From Geopsychrobacteraceae bacterium (GTDB lineage Bacteria > Desulfobacterota > Desulfuromonadia > Desulfuromonadales > Geopsychrobacteraceae), in assembly GCA_963662315.1 (NCBI GenBank), contig OY759353.1, positions 3,072,001 through 3,136,000 of the forward strand: a stretch of 64,000 bases of DNA. The letters are read 5' to 3'. Under the pieces are notes generated by a model, which worked only from the letters and a program-made list of their open reading frames with translations, searched no databases and was not told where the DNA came from. Shown one piece after another: positions 1-9,984 of the stretch (position 1 is the stretch's first letter; each line of letters opens with the position of its first letter). The translations under genes were made by a program, and so were the position numbers.

Positions 1-354
1 TTAACTGACATAGAAGCCGAAGCTGTCTTTAATCAGCTTATTAATTGGGCTGGCGCATGGGAAAAGCAGGATATTGATACCTATCTTGCCTGCTACAGCG
101 ACAAATTTATTCCTCCTGGTCACAGGGGGTTGGAAGCCTGGAAAAAACTGAGACGCTCCCGCATAGCAAAGCCTGATTGGATAAAAGTTTTTATTCAAAA
201 CATCTCAATGAGTAAATTATCTGCATCTGATGTGACAGTTGAATTTCAACAGGACTATCTGTCAGATACTTTTGAAGATCAGAGTATTAAGGTCGTTACT
301 TTGTCTAAAAATGGGAATGCCTGGCTTATTACATCAGAAAAATCACTTCAATAG
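1..354 (+). CDS. Partial CDS (5' end outside window): C-terminal NTF2-like domain of the type found on L,D-transpeptidase (Csd6-like)/TPR proteins
   Basis: Frame 1 is open from base 1 (LTDIEAEAVFNQLINWAGAWEKQDIDTYLACYSDKF...WKKLRRSRI...VEFQQDYLSDTFEDQSIK...WLITSEK). The W..AW...D...YL..YS..F pattern is typical of this domain. Confidence 0.65.
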   Translation, partial: LTDIEAEAVFNQLINWAGAWEKQDIDTYLACYSDKFIPPGHRGLEAWKKLRRSRIAKPDWIKVFIQNISMSKLSASDVTVEFQQDYLSDTFEDQSIKVVTLSKNGNAWLITSEKSLQ

Positions 355-376
355 AGTTATATTTTTCTGCTCAGAT

Positions 377-410
377 AAAAAAAGCTCCGTGCAGGCACGG
401 AGCTTTTTTT
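377..410. terminator. Bidirectional intrinsic terminator
   Basis: AAAAAAA-GCTCCGTGC-AG-GCACGGAGC-TTTTTTT between convergent genes. Confidence 0.85.
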
Positions 411-480
411 ACTGGTCTACCCTCAAAACAATAATAATTATAGCGAAGTCAGCCTGATGGAGCTGACATTCATAAAAAAA

Positions 481-681
481 TCAGACCTTGGTAACGTTGG
501 CTGATTGTGGTCCTTTTTCGCCTTGAATCACGTCAAATTTTACACGATCACCTTCGGCCAGAGATTTGAAGCCTTCAGACTGAATCGCTGAAAAGTGTAC
601 AAAAACATCTGGGCCATTGTCTTGCTCAATGAAACCGAAACCTTTAGAGTCGTTAAACCATTTAACTGTACCTTCTGCCAT
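481..681 (-). CDS. cspA: Cold-shock protein (CspA family), 66 aa
   Basis: [18 protein letters not shown]...DVFVHFSAI (RNP1/RNP2 motifs); AAGGAG RBS upstream of the ATG at 681. Confidence 0.95.
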   Translation of the reverse strand: MAEGTVKWFNDSKGFGFIEQDNGPDVFVHFSAIQSEGFKSLAEGDRVKFDVIQGEKGPQSANVTKV

Positions 682-837
682 GCTTTTACTCCTTATGCTT
701 TTCCGAGGGCAACCGAGACACGATACTTGCGCTTCTAGCATAAGAGTCTTTTAAAAACAACGTTATTTTTTTATGCGCAGATAATAAATGGTAAAAAATG
801 CGTAAAAAAGTGGAAAAAAATAATATTTTTTTTAATT

Positions 838-854
838 CTCATAAAAAACTAACA
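838..854 (+). promoter_or_regulatory. Pho-box-like direct repeat upstream of phoBR
   Basis: CTCATA-AAAAA-CTAACA, 11-bp spacing. Confidence 0.6.
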
Positions 855-904
855 ATTATCAACGATTTTCTTTTATCTTTTTATAAGAAAAGAAGAGGGA
901 ATCT

Positions 905-1606
905 ATGAAAGAAACTAAAAAAACAGTTTTGGTTGTTGAGGATGAAGAAGATATTCTGGCATTGCTTCATTTTAATCTTATCAAAGCTGGTTATGAAGTT
1001 ATTTGTGCGATCTGTGGTGAAGAAGGTCTCAAAAGTGTCAGTGAGCATAAACCTGATATGGTGTTGCTTGATCTCATGTTGCCCGGTATTGACGGACTGG
1101 AAATATGTCGGCGCTTGCGTAGTCAGGATAGTACGAAGGATACCCCTATCATCATGCTGACAGCCAAGGGTGAAGAGAGTGATGTCGTCAAAGGCCTTGA
1201 GCTGGGAGCTGACGATTATGTTACTAAACCGTTTAGCATCAAGGTGTTACTGGCCCGGGTGAATACGGTGATTCGGCGGCGCAGCGAGCATACGGAAGCT
1301 TCCGAGACAGATGAAATTGTCTTTGATCAGCTCATGATTCATCGCGGTCGCAATACGGTACAGGTTGCCGGTGAAAGTATTGAATTGACCTATACCGAAT
1401 TTCGCGTGCTGGTTGCCTTGGCAACCCGTCCCGGGTGGGTTTTCACCCGCTACCAGATTGTCAATGCGGTCCGCGGCGAAGATTATGCCGTAACAGATCG
1501 GGCTGTTGATGTACAGATTGCCGGATTACGTAAAAAGCTTGGCCCCTGCGGTCACTATATTGAGACTGTACGCGGCGTTGGTTACCGTTTTCGGGAGGCA
1601 GCATGA
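905..1606 (+). CDS. phoB: OmpR/PhoB-family response regulator, probably PhoB
   Basis: REC domain (VEDE, LLDLMLP, MLTAKG, DDYVTKPF) plus winged helix (RAVDVQIAGLRKKL, IETVRGVGY); phosphate-gene context. Confidence 0.85.
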   Translation: MKETKKTVLVVEDEEDILALLHFNLIKAGYEVICAICGEEGLKSVSEHKPDMVLLDLMLPGIDGLEICRRLRSQDSTKDTPIIMLTAKGEESDVVKGLELGADDYVTKPFSIKVLLARVNTVIRRRSEHTEASETDEIVFDQLMIHRGRNTVQVAGESIELTYTEFRVLVALATRPGWVFTRYQIVNAVRGEDYAVTDRAVDVQIAGLRKKLGPCGHYIETVRGVGYRFREAA

Positions 1607-3378
1607 AAGCAAGACGGCTTGTCTGGCAGCTTTATCCTACCTATATCCTGCTTAGCCTGTTCGTGCTGTTCGGCTTAGGTTGGTATATTTCTACGGCCCT
1701 GCGCAATTTTCATTATGAACAGACAACTGCGGACCTGAAAGCCAGGGCTCAACTGGTTCGCGAACAGTTTCAGGGGACCTTTGACAGTTCTGAGCGCAGT
1801 TCAATAGCGGAACAGATTAAGTGCTTGGGGCAGAGTTCCGGGACCAGGATAACCATCATCCTTAAAAATGGTGTTGTTATTGCGGACTCCGATGAAGATA
1901 TCACGAAAATGGAGAATCATAGTCACCGACCTGAAATAGTGGCTGCCTTGGCTGGTGATTATGGTCAGTCTATCCGTTTCAGCCGCACTCTGGGACAGAC
2001 ATTGATGTATGTAGCGATCCCCTTCTCCTCTGAATCACAGGTGCTGGGAACGGTACGGACGGCCATATCCATTTCTGACATTGATGATACTCTCGGTACC
2101 ATTCATCAGCGTTTGCTGCTGGCCGGTTTTATTATTGTATTGCTAGCAGTGCCGGTATCCTGGTGGTTGTCACGCCGTATCAGTCGTCCTCTTGAAGTGA
2201 TGACCAGTGCAGCACAACGTTTTTCCCAGGGCGAGCTGGAAAAACCCTTATCGGTTACTGGTTCCCTGGAAACACGGCGTCTGGCTAATGCCATGAACCA
2301 TATGGCTTCCGATCTTGCAGACCTTATTCACCGTGAAGTTGAGCAGCGTGGTGAAATAGAAGCAATTCTCGGATGTATGGTTGAAGGGATCATCGCGGTT
2401 GATAACGACGAACGTGTCATTCGCATGAATTCGGCTACCGCCAGGTTGTTTGGTATCAGCGTCAATTTTCAGACCGGTCGCCCTATTCATGAACTGATCA
2501 GAAATTCGGAATTGCAACGTTTTATCCGTCGCTCCCTTAACCTGCAGGAACCCCTCGAAGAGGAGTTGACTCTGCTGGATACGGAAAAGCGCTATCTGCA
2601 TGCTCAGTCAGCTCCCTTGACCGGCAAATTGAATGAGCGTATCGGGGTTCTTATCGTATTGCACGATCTGACCCGTTTACGTCAGCTCGAGTCGGTCCGG
2701 CGTGATTTTGTCGCCAACGTTTCCCATGAGTTGAAAACCCCGATCACCGCTATTCGTGGAGCTGTTGAAACGCTGCTTGATGAAGATGATATTGATGCAA
2801 CCAGTCAACGTTTTCTCGATATCATCTTTAAACAGAGTGAACGTTTAAATGCGCTGGTAGAAGATCTGCTCGATCTGTCACGCATTGAACAGGGAGTAAC
2901 CGAAGGTGGCTGGGAACTGCAGCAGGGGCCGGTCAAACCAATTCTCGAAAGTGCCCGCAATGCCTGTGAATCGATGATCAGCCAGCAAAATATCACGTTG
3001 CAGATCAATTGCCCGGAAGGGATCAAGGCAAAAGTGAACCAGAGCCTGCTCGAACAGGCTATCATCAATCTGCTCAGCAACGCGGTGAAATACAGTCCAG
3101 TAGGCAGTAACGTCATCATGGAAGCAACGGAAGATGTCGACCAGGTTTTGATTCATGTTAAAGATGCCGGTCCTGGTATCGCAGAAGAACATTTACCCCG
3201 ATTATTTGAACGTTTCTATCGGATCGATCTCGCCCGCAGCAGGGCGCTTGGTGGTACCGGTCTGGGTTTGGCGATTGTCAAACATATTGCTCTGGCGCAT
3301 CAGGGAAATGTTTTCGTCGACAGCACAGTTGGAAAAGGGAGTACCTTTACCATCGCACTTCCAAAGAAAAAGTCCTGA
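1603..3378 (+). CDS. phoR: Sensor histidine kinase PhoR (2 TM, HAMP, PAS, HisKA, HATPase)
   Basis: RRDFVANVSHELKTP H-box, NLLSNAVKYS, HLPRLFERFYR, GGTGLGLAIVKH; ATGA overlap with phoB. Confidence 0.85.
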   Translation: MKARRLVWQLYPTYILLSLFVLFGLGWYISTALRNFHYEQTTADLKARAQLVREQFQGTFDSSERSSIAEQIKCLGQSSGTRITIILKNGVVIADSDEDITKMENHSHRPEIVAALAGDYGQSIRFSRTLGQTLMYVAIPFSSESQVLGTVRTAISISDIDDTLGTIHQRLLLAGFIIVLLAVPVSWWLSRRISRPLEVMTSAAQRFSQGELEKPLSVTGSLETRRLANAMNHMASDLADLIHREVEQRGEIEAILGCMVEGIIAVDNDERVIRMNSATARLFGISVNFQTGRPIHELIRNSELQRFIRRSLNLQEPLEEELTLLDTEKRYLHAQSAPLTGKLNERIGVLIVLHDLTRLRQLESVRRDFVANVSHELKTPITAIRGAVETLLDEDDIDATSQRFLDIIFKQSERLNALVEDLLDLSRIEQGVTEGGWELQQGPVKPILESARNACESMISQQNITLQINCPEGIKAKVNQSLLEQAIINLLSNAVKYSPVGSNVIMEATEDVDQVLIHVKDAGPGIAEEHLPRLFERFYRIDLARSRALGGTGLGLAIVKHIALAHQGNVFVDSTVGKGSTFTIALPKKKS

Positions 3379-3403
3379 AAAACAAGACGATAAATGAATA
3401 ATG

Positions 3404-3437
3404 AACCCCTCTTACCCGCGTGGTGAGAGGGGTTTTT
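3404..3437 (+). terminator. Intrinsic terminator after phoR
   Basis: AACCCCTCTTACC/GGTGAGAGGGGTT stem followed by a T-tract. Confidence 0.75.
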
Positions 3438-3608
3438 ATTTAATTTTCCAACAAAAAGAGGTGGGGAACTATCGTTTTCCGATAAAAATGTTTTAGAATT
3501 AACACATTGACTGGTCACCTGAATCAACGAAGAGTTCGGGGCTTAAAATCAATTTCACGAATTTCCGGCGATTCAGGTCTATAACCATACTTTTTAGAGG
3601 AGAGACGA

Positions 3609-6263
3609 ATGGCGGGAAATTCATTTAACACTCAGAAAACTCTCAATGTCTCCGGACAAAAATATCAGTACCACAGTCTGCAGGCCGCAGCTAAGGCGGG
3701 ACTTGTGGGGCTGGAAAAACTTCCGTTTACGATTAAAGTGCTATTGGAGAACCTGCTGCGCAAAGAGGATGGCGCCAGCGTTACAGCTGAAGATATTAAA
3801 GCGGTCGCAGCCTGGCAGCCACAGCAGTCACAGGATAGTGAAATATCGTTCAGTCCGGCGCGGGTCCTGATGCAAGATTTTACCGGCGTACCTGCCATTG
3901 TCGATCTTGCCGCAATGCGTGATGCCGTGGCGCGCAATGGTGGCGATCCGGCAAAAATCAATCCTCAGATTCCTGTGGACCTCGTCATTGACCACTCAGT
4001 TATGGTTGATCAGTATGGTAATTCGGGAGCTTTTGCCGCCAATGTCGACAAAGAGATGGAGCGCAACCGTGAACGCTATGCCTTCCTGCGCTGGGGGCAA
4101 AAAGCGTTCGATAACTTCCGCGTTGTACCGCCGGGCACCGGAATCTGCCATCAGGTCAACCTGGAATATCTGGCCCAGGCGGTGTGGAGTGAAAGTAAGG
4201 GTGGCGAAAAATGGGCCTACCCGGACACCCTGGTAGGTACTGACAGTCACACGACGATGATCAACGGCCTTGGCGTTCTTGGTTGGGGGGTCGGCGGGAT
4301 TGAAGCTGAAGCGGCTATGCTGGGGCAACCAATCTCCATGCTGGTCCCAGAAGTTGTCGGCTTCCGCTTGACCGGTGCTTTGGGTGAAGGGGTTACCGCA
4401 ACCGACCTGGTCCTCACTGTAACGCAGATGCTGCGCAAGCATGGGGTCGTCGGTAAATTCGTTGAATTTTTTGGGGCTGGCCTGTCTCAGTTGCCACTGG
4501 CCGATCGCGCCACTATTGCGAACATGGCTCCGGAATACGGCGCCACCTGTGGATTCTTTCCCATTGATCGCATAACCCTCGACTACCTTGCCCTGTCAGG
4601 GCGCAGTCAGGAGACGATCGACCTGGTTGAAGCCTATTGCAAGGAACAGGGGCTCTGGCGGACTGATGAGTTGGCTGATCCGGCCTACAGTTCTGTACTG
4701 GAGCTTGATCTTGGTTCGGTAAAGCCGAGTCTGGCCGGTCCTAAACGACCACAGGATAAGGTTCTGCTTGAGGAAATGCGCAGTGCGACAGAGGCTGTAC
4801 TTCCCGAACAGGATCGGGATAAAGGCGTTGCTATTCCTGGTAGCAGTGACGAGCTGAACCATGGAGATGTCGTTATTGCCGCCATTACCTCCTGCACCAA
4901 CACCTCAAACCCCGCTGTTATGATGGCGGCCGGGCTGGTTGCCAAGAAAGCAGTAGAAAAAGGTCTGAAGCAGAAATCCTGGGTAAAAACTTCTCTTGCC
5001 CCCGGATCCAAAGTTGTGACCGATTACCTGGCCAAGGCCGGACTTCAGAGTTATCTGGATAGCCTCGGTTTCAATATTGTTGGCTATGGCTGTACGACCT
5101 GTATCGGCAACTCCGGCCCGCTGACCGGTGCGATTGCCGATGCTATTGATGTCGGCGATATGACCGTGTGTTCGGTTTTGTCAGGGAACCGAAATTTCGA
5201 AGGACGTATCCATGCTCAAACCAAGGCTAATTGGCTGGCGTCCCCTCCCCTGGTTGTTGCTTTTGCCCTGGCCGGAACGACCCGCATCGATTTAACCAGC
5301 GAGCCGGTTGGCCATGATCAGGCCGGTGCTCCGGTTTACCTGAAGGATATCTGGCCCAGCAATGCTGAAGTTGCGGAAATGGTCGCCCTGGTGAATGCCC
5401 AGATGTTCCAGAAAGAATATGCAGAGGTGTTTAATGGCGATGAAACCTGGCGTAACCTGCCGGTGCCGGATGGCTTGACTTACGCGTGGGAAGACAAGTC
5501 AACTTACATCCGTCTCCCCTCTTTCTTTGATGAATTGAAGGTCACCGACACCTATCCCGGATTTGATCAGGCCAGGATGCTCGCCTTGTTGGGGGATTCC
5601 ATAACCACCGATCATATTTCACCAGCCGGTGCGATTAAGTCCAGCAGTCCAGCAGGACAGTACCTTAGGCAAAATGGTGTTGATGAGAGGGATTTCAATT
5701 CCTATGGTTCACGGCGTGGTAATCACGAAGTGATGATGCGCGGAACCTTTGCCAACATCCGTCTGCGTAATAAAATGCTGCCGGGAGTCGAAGGAGGAGT
5801 GACGAAATACTTAAAAACCGGGTCCGAGATGAGCATCTATGATGCCTCGAGTCTCTATCAGCAGGATGGCGTGCCACTGGTTATTGTTGCCGGCAAGGAA
5901 TATGGAACCGGTTCCAGCCGTGACTGGGCGGCCAAGGGAACCTTGCTTCTGGGCGTTAAGGCGGTTTTGGCTGAAAGTTATGAACGGATTCATCGTTCAA
6001 ACCTGGTTGGCATGGGTATCCTTCCCCTGCAGTTTCAGGATGGCATGTCAGCTGAAAGCCTTGCCCTTGATGGCAGTGAAAGTCTGAGTCTTGAGCCGGT
6101 TTCAGGGTTAAAAGCCAAGCAGACATTGACGATCACTGTTACTAAAGCTGATGGCCAGCAGCTGAAAATTGACGTTTTGTGTCGTCTTGATACCGATCAG
6201 GAAGTGACCTACTTCCGCCACGGTGGCATTTTGAATTATGTGCTGATGACGCTTATGAAATAA
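3609..6263 (+). CDS. acnA: Aconitate hydratase AcnA
   Basis: [49 protein letters not shown] motifs; 884 aa. Confidence 0.97.
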   Translation: MAGNSFNTQKTLNVSGQKYQYHSLQAAAKAGLVGLEKLPFTIKVLLENLLRKEDGASVTAEDIKAVAAWQPQQSQDSEISFSPARVLMQDFTGVPAIVDLAAMRDAVARNGGDPAKINPQIPVDLVIDHSVMVDQYGNSGAFAANVDKEMERNRERYAFLRWGQKAFDNFRVVPPGTGICHQVNLEYLAQAVWSESKGGEKWAYPDTLVGTDSHTTMINGLGVLGWGVGGIEAEAAMLGQPISMLVPEVVGFRLTGALGEGVTATDLVLTVTQMLRKHGVVGKFVEFFGAGLSQLPLADRATIANMAPEYGATCGFFPIDRITLDYLALSGRSQETIDLVEAYCKEQGLWRTDELADPAYSSVLELDLGSVKPSLAGPKRPQDKVLLEEMRSATEAVLPEQDRDKGVAIPGSSDELNHGDVVIAAITSCTNTSNPAVMMAAGLVAKKAVEKGLKQKSWVKTSLAPGSKVVTDYLAKAGLQSYLDSLGFNIVGYGCTTCIGNSGPLTGAIADAIDVGDMTVCSVLSGNRNFEGRIHAQTKANWLASPPLVVAFALAGTTRIDLTSEPVGHDQAGAPVYLKDIWPSNAEVAEMVALVNAQMFQKEYAEVFNGDETWRNLPVPDGLTYAWEDKSTYIRLPSFFDELKVTDTYPGFDQARMLALLGDSITTDHISPAGAIKSSSPAGQYLRQNGVDERDFNSYGSRRGNHEVMMRGTFANIRLRNKMLPGVEGGVTKYLKTGSEMSIYDASSLYQQDGVPLVIVAGKEYGTGSSRDWAAKGTLLLGVKAVLAESYERIHRSNLVGMGILPLQFQDGMSAESLALDGSESLSLEPVSGLKAKQTLTITVTKADGQQLKIDVLCRLDTDQEVTYFRHGGILNYVLMTLMK

Positions 6264-6275
6264 GAATACCTCTAT

Positions 6276-6308
6276 ACAGCGCAGGGCAGTTTTTCAGCCC
6301 TGTGCTGT
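6276..6308 (+). terminator. Hairpin/probable terminator after acnA
   Basis: ACAGCGCAGGGC/GCCCTGTGCTGT stem followed by T-rich sequence. Confidence 0.55.
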
Positions 6309-6441
6309 CTGCCTTTTGTCTTATCCCCTTTGTTATTTTCTGTTAAATTATGTGTCCCTTTGTTGAGAAACTAACAAGCAGCGCTATACTCGAGAGAGTT
6401 GAAAAACAACAATCATTATTTATATAGGTTGGAGAAAAGCG

Positions 6442-6621
6442 ATGAATATGAAAGAGATCAAGGAAGTGGCAAAAGACCGCGGTGTTAAACCTGGACGTCT
6501 GAAAAAAGTTGAATTAATCCGGGAAATACAAGGAGCTGAGGGGAACCCTCAGTGTTTTAATACCGATTTTTCAGATCAGTGTGGGCAGCCGGATTGTCTC
6601 TGGCGTTCTGAGTGCTCCTGA
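6442..6621 (+). CDS. Small SAP/Rho-N-like protein with a Cys-rich tail, 59 aa (absent from the ORF track)
   Basis: GGAG RBS; MNMKEIKEVAKDRGVKPGRLKKVELIREIQGAEGNPQCFNTDFSDQCGQPDCLWRSECS*; four Cys in the C-terminal part. Confidence 0.8.
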   Translation: MNMKEIKEVAKDRGVKPGRLKKVELIREIQGAEGNPQCFNTDFSDQCGQPDCLWRSECS

Positions 6622-6764
6622 TTTCTGATCCGGAAACGGCCCTTTTCCACAATCTCTGCGTCAGTCTGCGCATTTGCTTGTGCGGCGTAAAGTACTACGC
6701 CTCCGCGCAGATGCTATACTTCCTTGGCCTTGCGCAAAATTACCAGTTTCCGGATCAGAAATCA
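6619..6764. repeat. MITE/REP-like palindromic element, 146 bp
   Basis: Perfect 19-bp terminal inverted repeats TGATTTCTGATCCGGAAAC (6619-6637) / GTTTCCGGATCAGAAATCA (6746-6764), with internal hairpin GGCGTA-AAGTAC-TACGCC. Confidence 0.7.
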
Positions 6765-6840
6765 TTGGTGGTTTGATGCTTAACCGAGAAGGTGCGTGTA
6801 GGGCGGATGAGGGAGGAGTACGCGTTTTAACCAACCTTAT

Positions 6841-7545
6841 TCAGGCGTTGACTGAGGTGACAAGGACCTTATCAGCCACGACATGCCAGCGAATATTGTA
6901 TCCATCAAGCTCCACACCATACTCACGTTCATCGTCAGACTGGCGACGATAGGCCGGGCGTGGATCAAGGCTCAGGGTTTCGCGGATAACGTCTTCCAGG
7001 GGGGGATTTTTGTGCTTCAATGCCTGCAATTGAGCAAGTGCTGTGCTGCTGAATTCGACCTCGAGAATAGCTTGTGGGGCCTCTTGGGCAAATCCACTAA
7101 TCGCTTCGGGAAAACTGTCGGCATATCTGACGTAGGGTTTGATATCGATAATGGGAGTCCCATCGATCAGATCGGCACCTTCTACCTCCAGAGAAAAATC
7201 ACCTGTCTGGGAGTTGACCTTTAATAGCTTTACTGCAGAGAGGCCGACAGGGTTAGGGCGAAACGGGGAGCGCGAAGCAAAGACTCCTACCCTTTTATTG
7301 CCACCCAGACGCGGCGGCCGTACGGTTGGCTGCCAGCCTTTCTGCCAGTTTTGGTGAAATATGAACAACAGCCAGATATGACTGTATTCGCTTAGGCCAC
7401 GTAATGCTTCAGCACTGGCAAACTCAGGAAAAAAAACGACTTTGGCCTGAACCGAAGGAGCCAGACCCGCTTGGCGCGGGGTTCCGAATTTTTCAGTGAA
7501 CGGACTTTTTATAGTAGCAATCTGGGTAAGAGGATATTCCATCAT
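6841..7545 (-). CDS. tsaA: tRNA (N6-threonylcarbamoyladenosine(37)-N6)-methyltransferase TrmO
   Basis: KFGTPRQ, TVRPPRLGGN, GVFASRSPFRPNP, DLIDGTPIIDIKPY, DPRPAY; start at the ATGA overlap with the upstream gene. Confidence 0.93.
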   Translation of the reverse strand: MMEYPLTQIATIKSPFTEKFGTPRQAGLAPSVQAKVVFFPEFASAEALRGLSEYSHIWLLFIFHQNWQKGWQPTVRPPRLGGNKRVGVFASRSPFRPNPVGLSAVKLLKVNSQTGDFSLEVEGADLIDGTPIIDIKPYVRYADSFPEAISGFAQEAPQAILEVEFSSTALAQLQALKHKNPPLEDVIRETLSLDPRPAYRRQSDDEREYGVELDGYNIRWHVVADKVLVTSVNA

Positions 7546-8468
7546 GTCTCTAATATTCCATTGGCTGGTGATGTCGTTGCCCGTCGACTGCTGATCCATA
7601 CCCCAGTAAAGACCAGAGCGCAGGCGAACCATTGTGACAGACTTAGCTTTTCATCAAGAATGAGCAGGCCCAGCATAACGCTAAAGACCGGAATCAGGTT
7701 AACAAAGCCGGCGGCCTGACTGGCTGGAACCCGGCTGACGCCAAAATTGAAGCAGCCGTAGCCGCCAAGGGTCACAAAGGTCCCCAGATAGATAATGGCA
7801 AACGCCGACAGTGGTTGCCATAGCTGCGGAAAACCGATCCCGGGCATAAGTAAGAAAGGGAAAAAAAACAGACTGCCAATAAATGCCTGAAAGGCGGTCA
7901 AAAATAAGGGTGGATAGTTGCTGGTCAGGTGTTTAAGAGCAATCGTATAGCCAGCGGCACAGACCATGGCCAGAAATTCACATAAATTACCCATCAGCGG
8001 GTTTGGGGCGTGAGTATCTGCCGAAGCACCAATGCTGAGCCAGCCGGCGCCGATAATCGCCAGGGAAAAGCCACTGATCGTCTGTTTGCTGATCCGTTCA
8101 CGCAGCATCAGCCAGGCCAGTATTGCCACCAGCAGGGGGAACATGGCGGTAATCATGCCAGCCTGGGAAGCGCTGGTCAATTCCAATGCTTTCGCTTCAA
8201 ACAGAAAATACAGGCAGGGTTCACAGATGGCCATGAGCAGCATGTATTTAATATCCTTTTTCCGCCAGTTCAGTTTGCGGAATGAGGGGTAGAAAATCAG
8301 CAGGCACAGGCTGGCAATGAACATACGACCGAAAATGACTTGCATCGGATGATAATTGCGAAAAGCGATTTTTAAGGCAACAAAGGAACTGGCCCATAAG
8401 ATAGAGGCCAGGATAAGACTCAGGGTTGGCAGCACGAGATTGTCTTTAGAGGTCACCGTTGACTCCAC
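7542..8468 (-). CDS. EamA/DMT-family transporter
   Basis: About 10 hydrophobic helices, LWASSF, two EamA repeats; true start may be the GTG at 8456. Confidence 0.88.
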   Translation of the reverse strand: MESTVTSKDNLVLPTLSLILASILWASSFVALKIAFRNYHPMQVIFGRMFIASLCLLIFYPSFRKLNWRKKDIKYMLLMAICEPCLYFLFEAKALELTSASQAGMITAMFPLLVAILAWLMLRERISKQTISGFSLAIIGAGWLSIGASADTHAPNPLMGNLCEFLAMVCAAGYTIALKHLTSNYPPLFLTAFQAFIGSLFFFPFLLMPGIGFPQLWQPLSAFAIIYLGTFVTLGGYGCFNFGVSRVPASQAAGFVNLIPVFSVMLGLLILDEKLSLSQWFACALVFTGVWISSRRATTSPANGILET

Positions 8469-8559
8469 AGCAAAGCAAAAAAACAGACTGTTCCCCTCTT
8501 GCGCGTAACAGCCTGGTAAAGATAATCCTGTTTATAGGTGGACGCTAGAAAAATCGACC

Positions 8560-8568
8560 TGTGGATAA
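8560..8568 (-). promoter_or_regulatory. Single consensus DnaA box
   Basis: TGTGGATAA (= TTATCCACA on the minus strand) in intergenic DNA. Confidence 0.35.
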
Positions 8569-8597
8569 AGATGTTGAAAACTCGCTAAAGTGGCATT

Positions 8598-9785
8598 TTA
8601 AAGTGGAAAAGACAGGGAAAAGGTACAATTATCGTGATTGACAGGCTCTTCCAGGATCAAACTCCCGCCCATGGATTGAGCCAGGGTTCTCGCCATGTAA
8701 AGGCCTAAACCGGAACCGCTGGTCTGGCTGGCCTGGTTCTTTCCCCGGTAGAACTTGTCGAAGATTTTTTCCCGATCCTGCTCAGGTATTCCTGGTCCGT
8801 CGTCGCTGATACGGAAGCAGAGCCGGTTAGTGTCACAGGTCACCAGAACTTTTACTTCACCATCAAGCAAAGAATATTTCAGGGCATTTTCTATCAGGCT
8901 GGCCAGAATAATCTTCAGGCCGATCGGGTGAAGCTGGACCTCACAATCCCGTGGTAACGAGAAGATCAGTTGACAGGCTTTCTGTTCTGCGAGTGGTTGG
9001 AACAGCTTGTGTAACTCGTCGAGCAGTTCCTGCAACTGGAAGCGTTGCGGCTTCAGTTGACTCTGGCCATCTTCTACCTGGCGGATCAAGAGATAATGTT
9101 CAGCCAGGCTGCCTAAATAGTGGGAGCTGTGGGAGATCTGTTCAATAAACTGATCCCCTTCAACACAGCGCAGAGAATGCTGTTCATTGAGATGATCAGC
9201 CATACCGGAAATGACGGTCAGTTGGTTACGCAGTTCATGAAACAAGGCATGTTGCCAGTTATCCTGCAACTGCTGCCACTTCTGCATGGTTTCTAGCTGT
9301 CGGGTCAGACAGCGGTGTTCCTGGCTGCGCTTGATCAAGAGGCGGGTTTGCAGAATCACCTCTTTAACCGTATAGGGTTTGGGCAGATAAAGATCGGCTC
9401 CCAGATCATAGCCTTTCAGCTTGTCCTGTTCAGCACTCAGAGCACTTAGCATGATGACCGGAGTTTCTCTGATCTGGGCATCGTGATGGGCGCGAACCAT
9501 GCGGCATATCTCCCAGCCATTGAGCAGCGGCAGCATTATATCCAGCAGGATCAGATCCGGTTGCTCGCGACCGATTATCCGGCACGCTTCCAGTCCGTCA
9601 CCAGCTTTCAAAATAGTAAAACCCTGCCGCATGAGATTAAATTCAAGGATTTCAACGAGGGAATCCTCATCTTCGACAATAAGAACGCAACCGGCAGACT
9701 GGTTTTCAGACAGGCGCGAATGAACTTGAGTATAAGAAATCCGGTTATTGGTGGAATCTGGTTGAAAGGTGTTGGCCTGGACCAT
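8598..9785 (-). CDS. Soluble hybrid signalling protein: N-terminal REC plus HisKA/HATPase
   Basis: IVEDE...LLDIMLP...KPY receiver; FHELRNQL H-box; ENALKY, DDGPG, GSGLGL; no TM segment. Confidence 0.88.
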   Translation of the reverse strand: MVQANTFQPDSTNNRISYTQVHSRLSENQSAGCVLIVEDEDSLVEILEFNLMRQGFTILKAGDGLEACRIIGREQPDLILLDIMLPLLNGWEICRMVRAHHDAQIRETPVIMLSALSAEQDKLKGYDLGADLYLPKPYTVKEVILQTRLLIKRSQEHRCLTRQLETMQKWQQLQDNWQHALFHELRNQLTVISGMADHLNEQHSLRCVEGDQFIEQISHSSHYLGSLAEHYLLIRQVEDGQSQLKPQRFQLQELLDELHKLFQPLAEQKACQLIFSLPRDCEVQLHPIGLKIILASLIENALKYSLLDGEVKVLVTCDTNRLCFRISDDGPGIPEQDREKIFDKFYRGKNQASQTSGSGLGLYMARTLAQSMGGSLILEEPVNHDNCTFSLSFPL

Positions 9786-9830
9786 ATCTCCCCCTTGAGC
9801 AAAAGGTCGTAATAAATATTCAAGCTAACC

Positions 9831-9880
9831 TATGAAGATATCGTTATAAATATATGAGAAAATGATTGGAATTGTATTAG
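9831..9880 (-). promoter_or_regulatory. Five-unit Pho-box-like array upstream of the hybrid kinase
   Basis: Minus strand CTAATA, CCAATC, CTCATA, ATAACG, TTCATA at exact 11-bp periodicity. Confidence 0.6.
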
Positions 9881-9912
9881 CTGGTTGAAAACAGGGGGGC
9901 ACAAATGAAAAT

Positions 9913-9940
9913 CTAACAGGGTCACAATCAGGCCATAACA
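9913..9940 (+). promoter_or_regulatory. Pho-box-like repeats upstream of the OlsF-like gene
   Basis: CTAACA(9913)-ACAATC(9924)-ATAACA(9935); an overlapping GTCACA(9921)-GCCATA(9932) pair is also 11 bp apart. Confidence 0.5.
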
Positions 9941-9984
9941 GTAATCCGGTTAAATTGCAAAAATTTATCCTCAGGAGAAGCGTT

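Noticed and set aside
6674..6952. 92-aa ORF in the track
   Set aside because: Starts inside the palindromic element and overlaps tsaA antisense; no RBS or motif
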